Shown piece after piece: positions 63,636-64,000 of a stretch of 64,000 nt of DNA. Positions within the stretch are counted from its first letter, which is position 1. Every line of letters starts with the position of its first letter. The stretch spans positions 20,146,587-20,210,586 of the forward strand of contig CM120648.1 in assembly GCA_051362555.1 (NCBI GenBank), given 5' to 3'. The DNA comes from Lingula anatina (Eukaryota; Animalia; Brachiopoda). Both the position numbers and the translations under genes were made by a program. The notes under the pieces are model-generated. The model saw only the letters and a list, made by a program, of their open reading frames with translations, made no database searches and was not told where the DNA came from.

Positions 63636-64000
63636 GTACATGTTGGAACGTATAGAAAAAGCATGTCCATGCAAACGAAGCGCACTATCAGTTGTAGTAA
63701 CGTACCCGTATTTTAAAGCTCGTATGTCAATGTCTGTAGTGGACATGGATTTAGTTTTAGCTCCGCCTCCTATTGCCTACTTTGTATATATTCACGCCCT
63801 GCTCATTGAGTGGGTAGTTTTTGATCAGTCTCTGTAGATAATAAACGTGTAGTTTTTTTCAACTCTCGTTTTTTCTCTGAACCGCATACCGACATTTTTT
63901 GGTGCCGTGACCAGGATAACTATGGCTGCAGAGAGAAATCAAAAACTCCGGTCGGCGAACCGAGCCCAGCTAACGAAGCTGTTTCAACGAGCATCAAGTT

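Overview
Eukaryotic, intron-rich, AT-rich invertebrate DNA (mollusc-like by repeat content; inference) that is almost entirely transposable elements. The main result is two divergent, full-length Ty3/Gypsy LTR retrotransposons (13380-28551 minus; 49210-61600 plus). Each has LTRs identical by eye, a 4-bp TSD, PBS/PPT and a -1 frameshift signal. Both share an unusual layout: Gag with an N-terminal ComEA-like helix-hairpin-helix, Pol ending in a PHD finger, and, in the env position behind a splice acceptor, a ~800-aa ORF ending in a TatD-family nuclease with intact metal-binding motifs. The left half is a deep nest: Harbinger > Kolobok (transposase plus KolX/P2X7-ballast-like gene) > Sola3-like TIR element > Gypsy-TatD > second Kolobok (splits the PHD finger) > LINE fragment. 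Also present are a Helentron-type element with ~146-bp repeats, a Tc1 element, a decayed Mag-like Gypsy, a coding 39-bp VNTR and three exons of a host 11-beta-HSD-like SDR gene. All family assignments come from motif recognition by eye; no database search was run.
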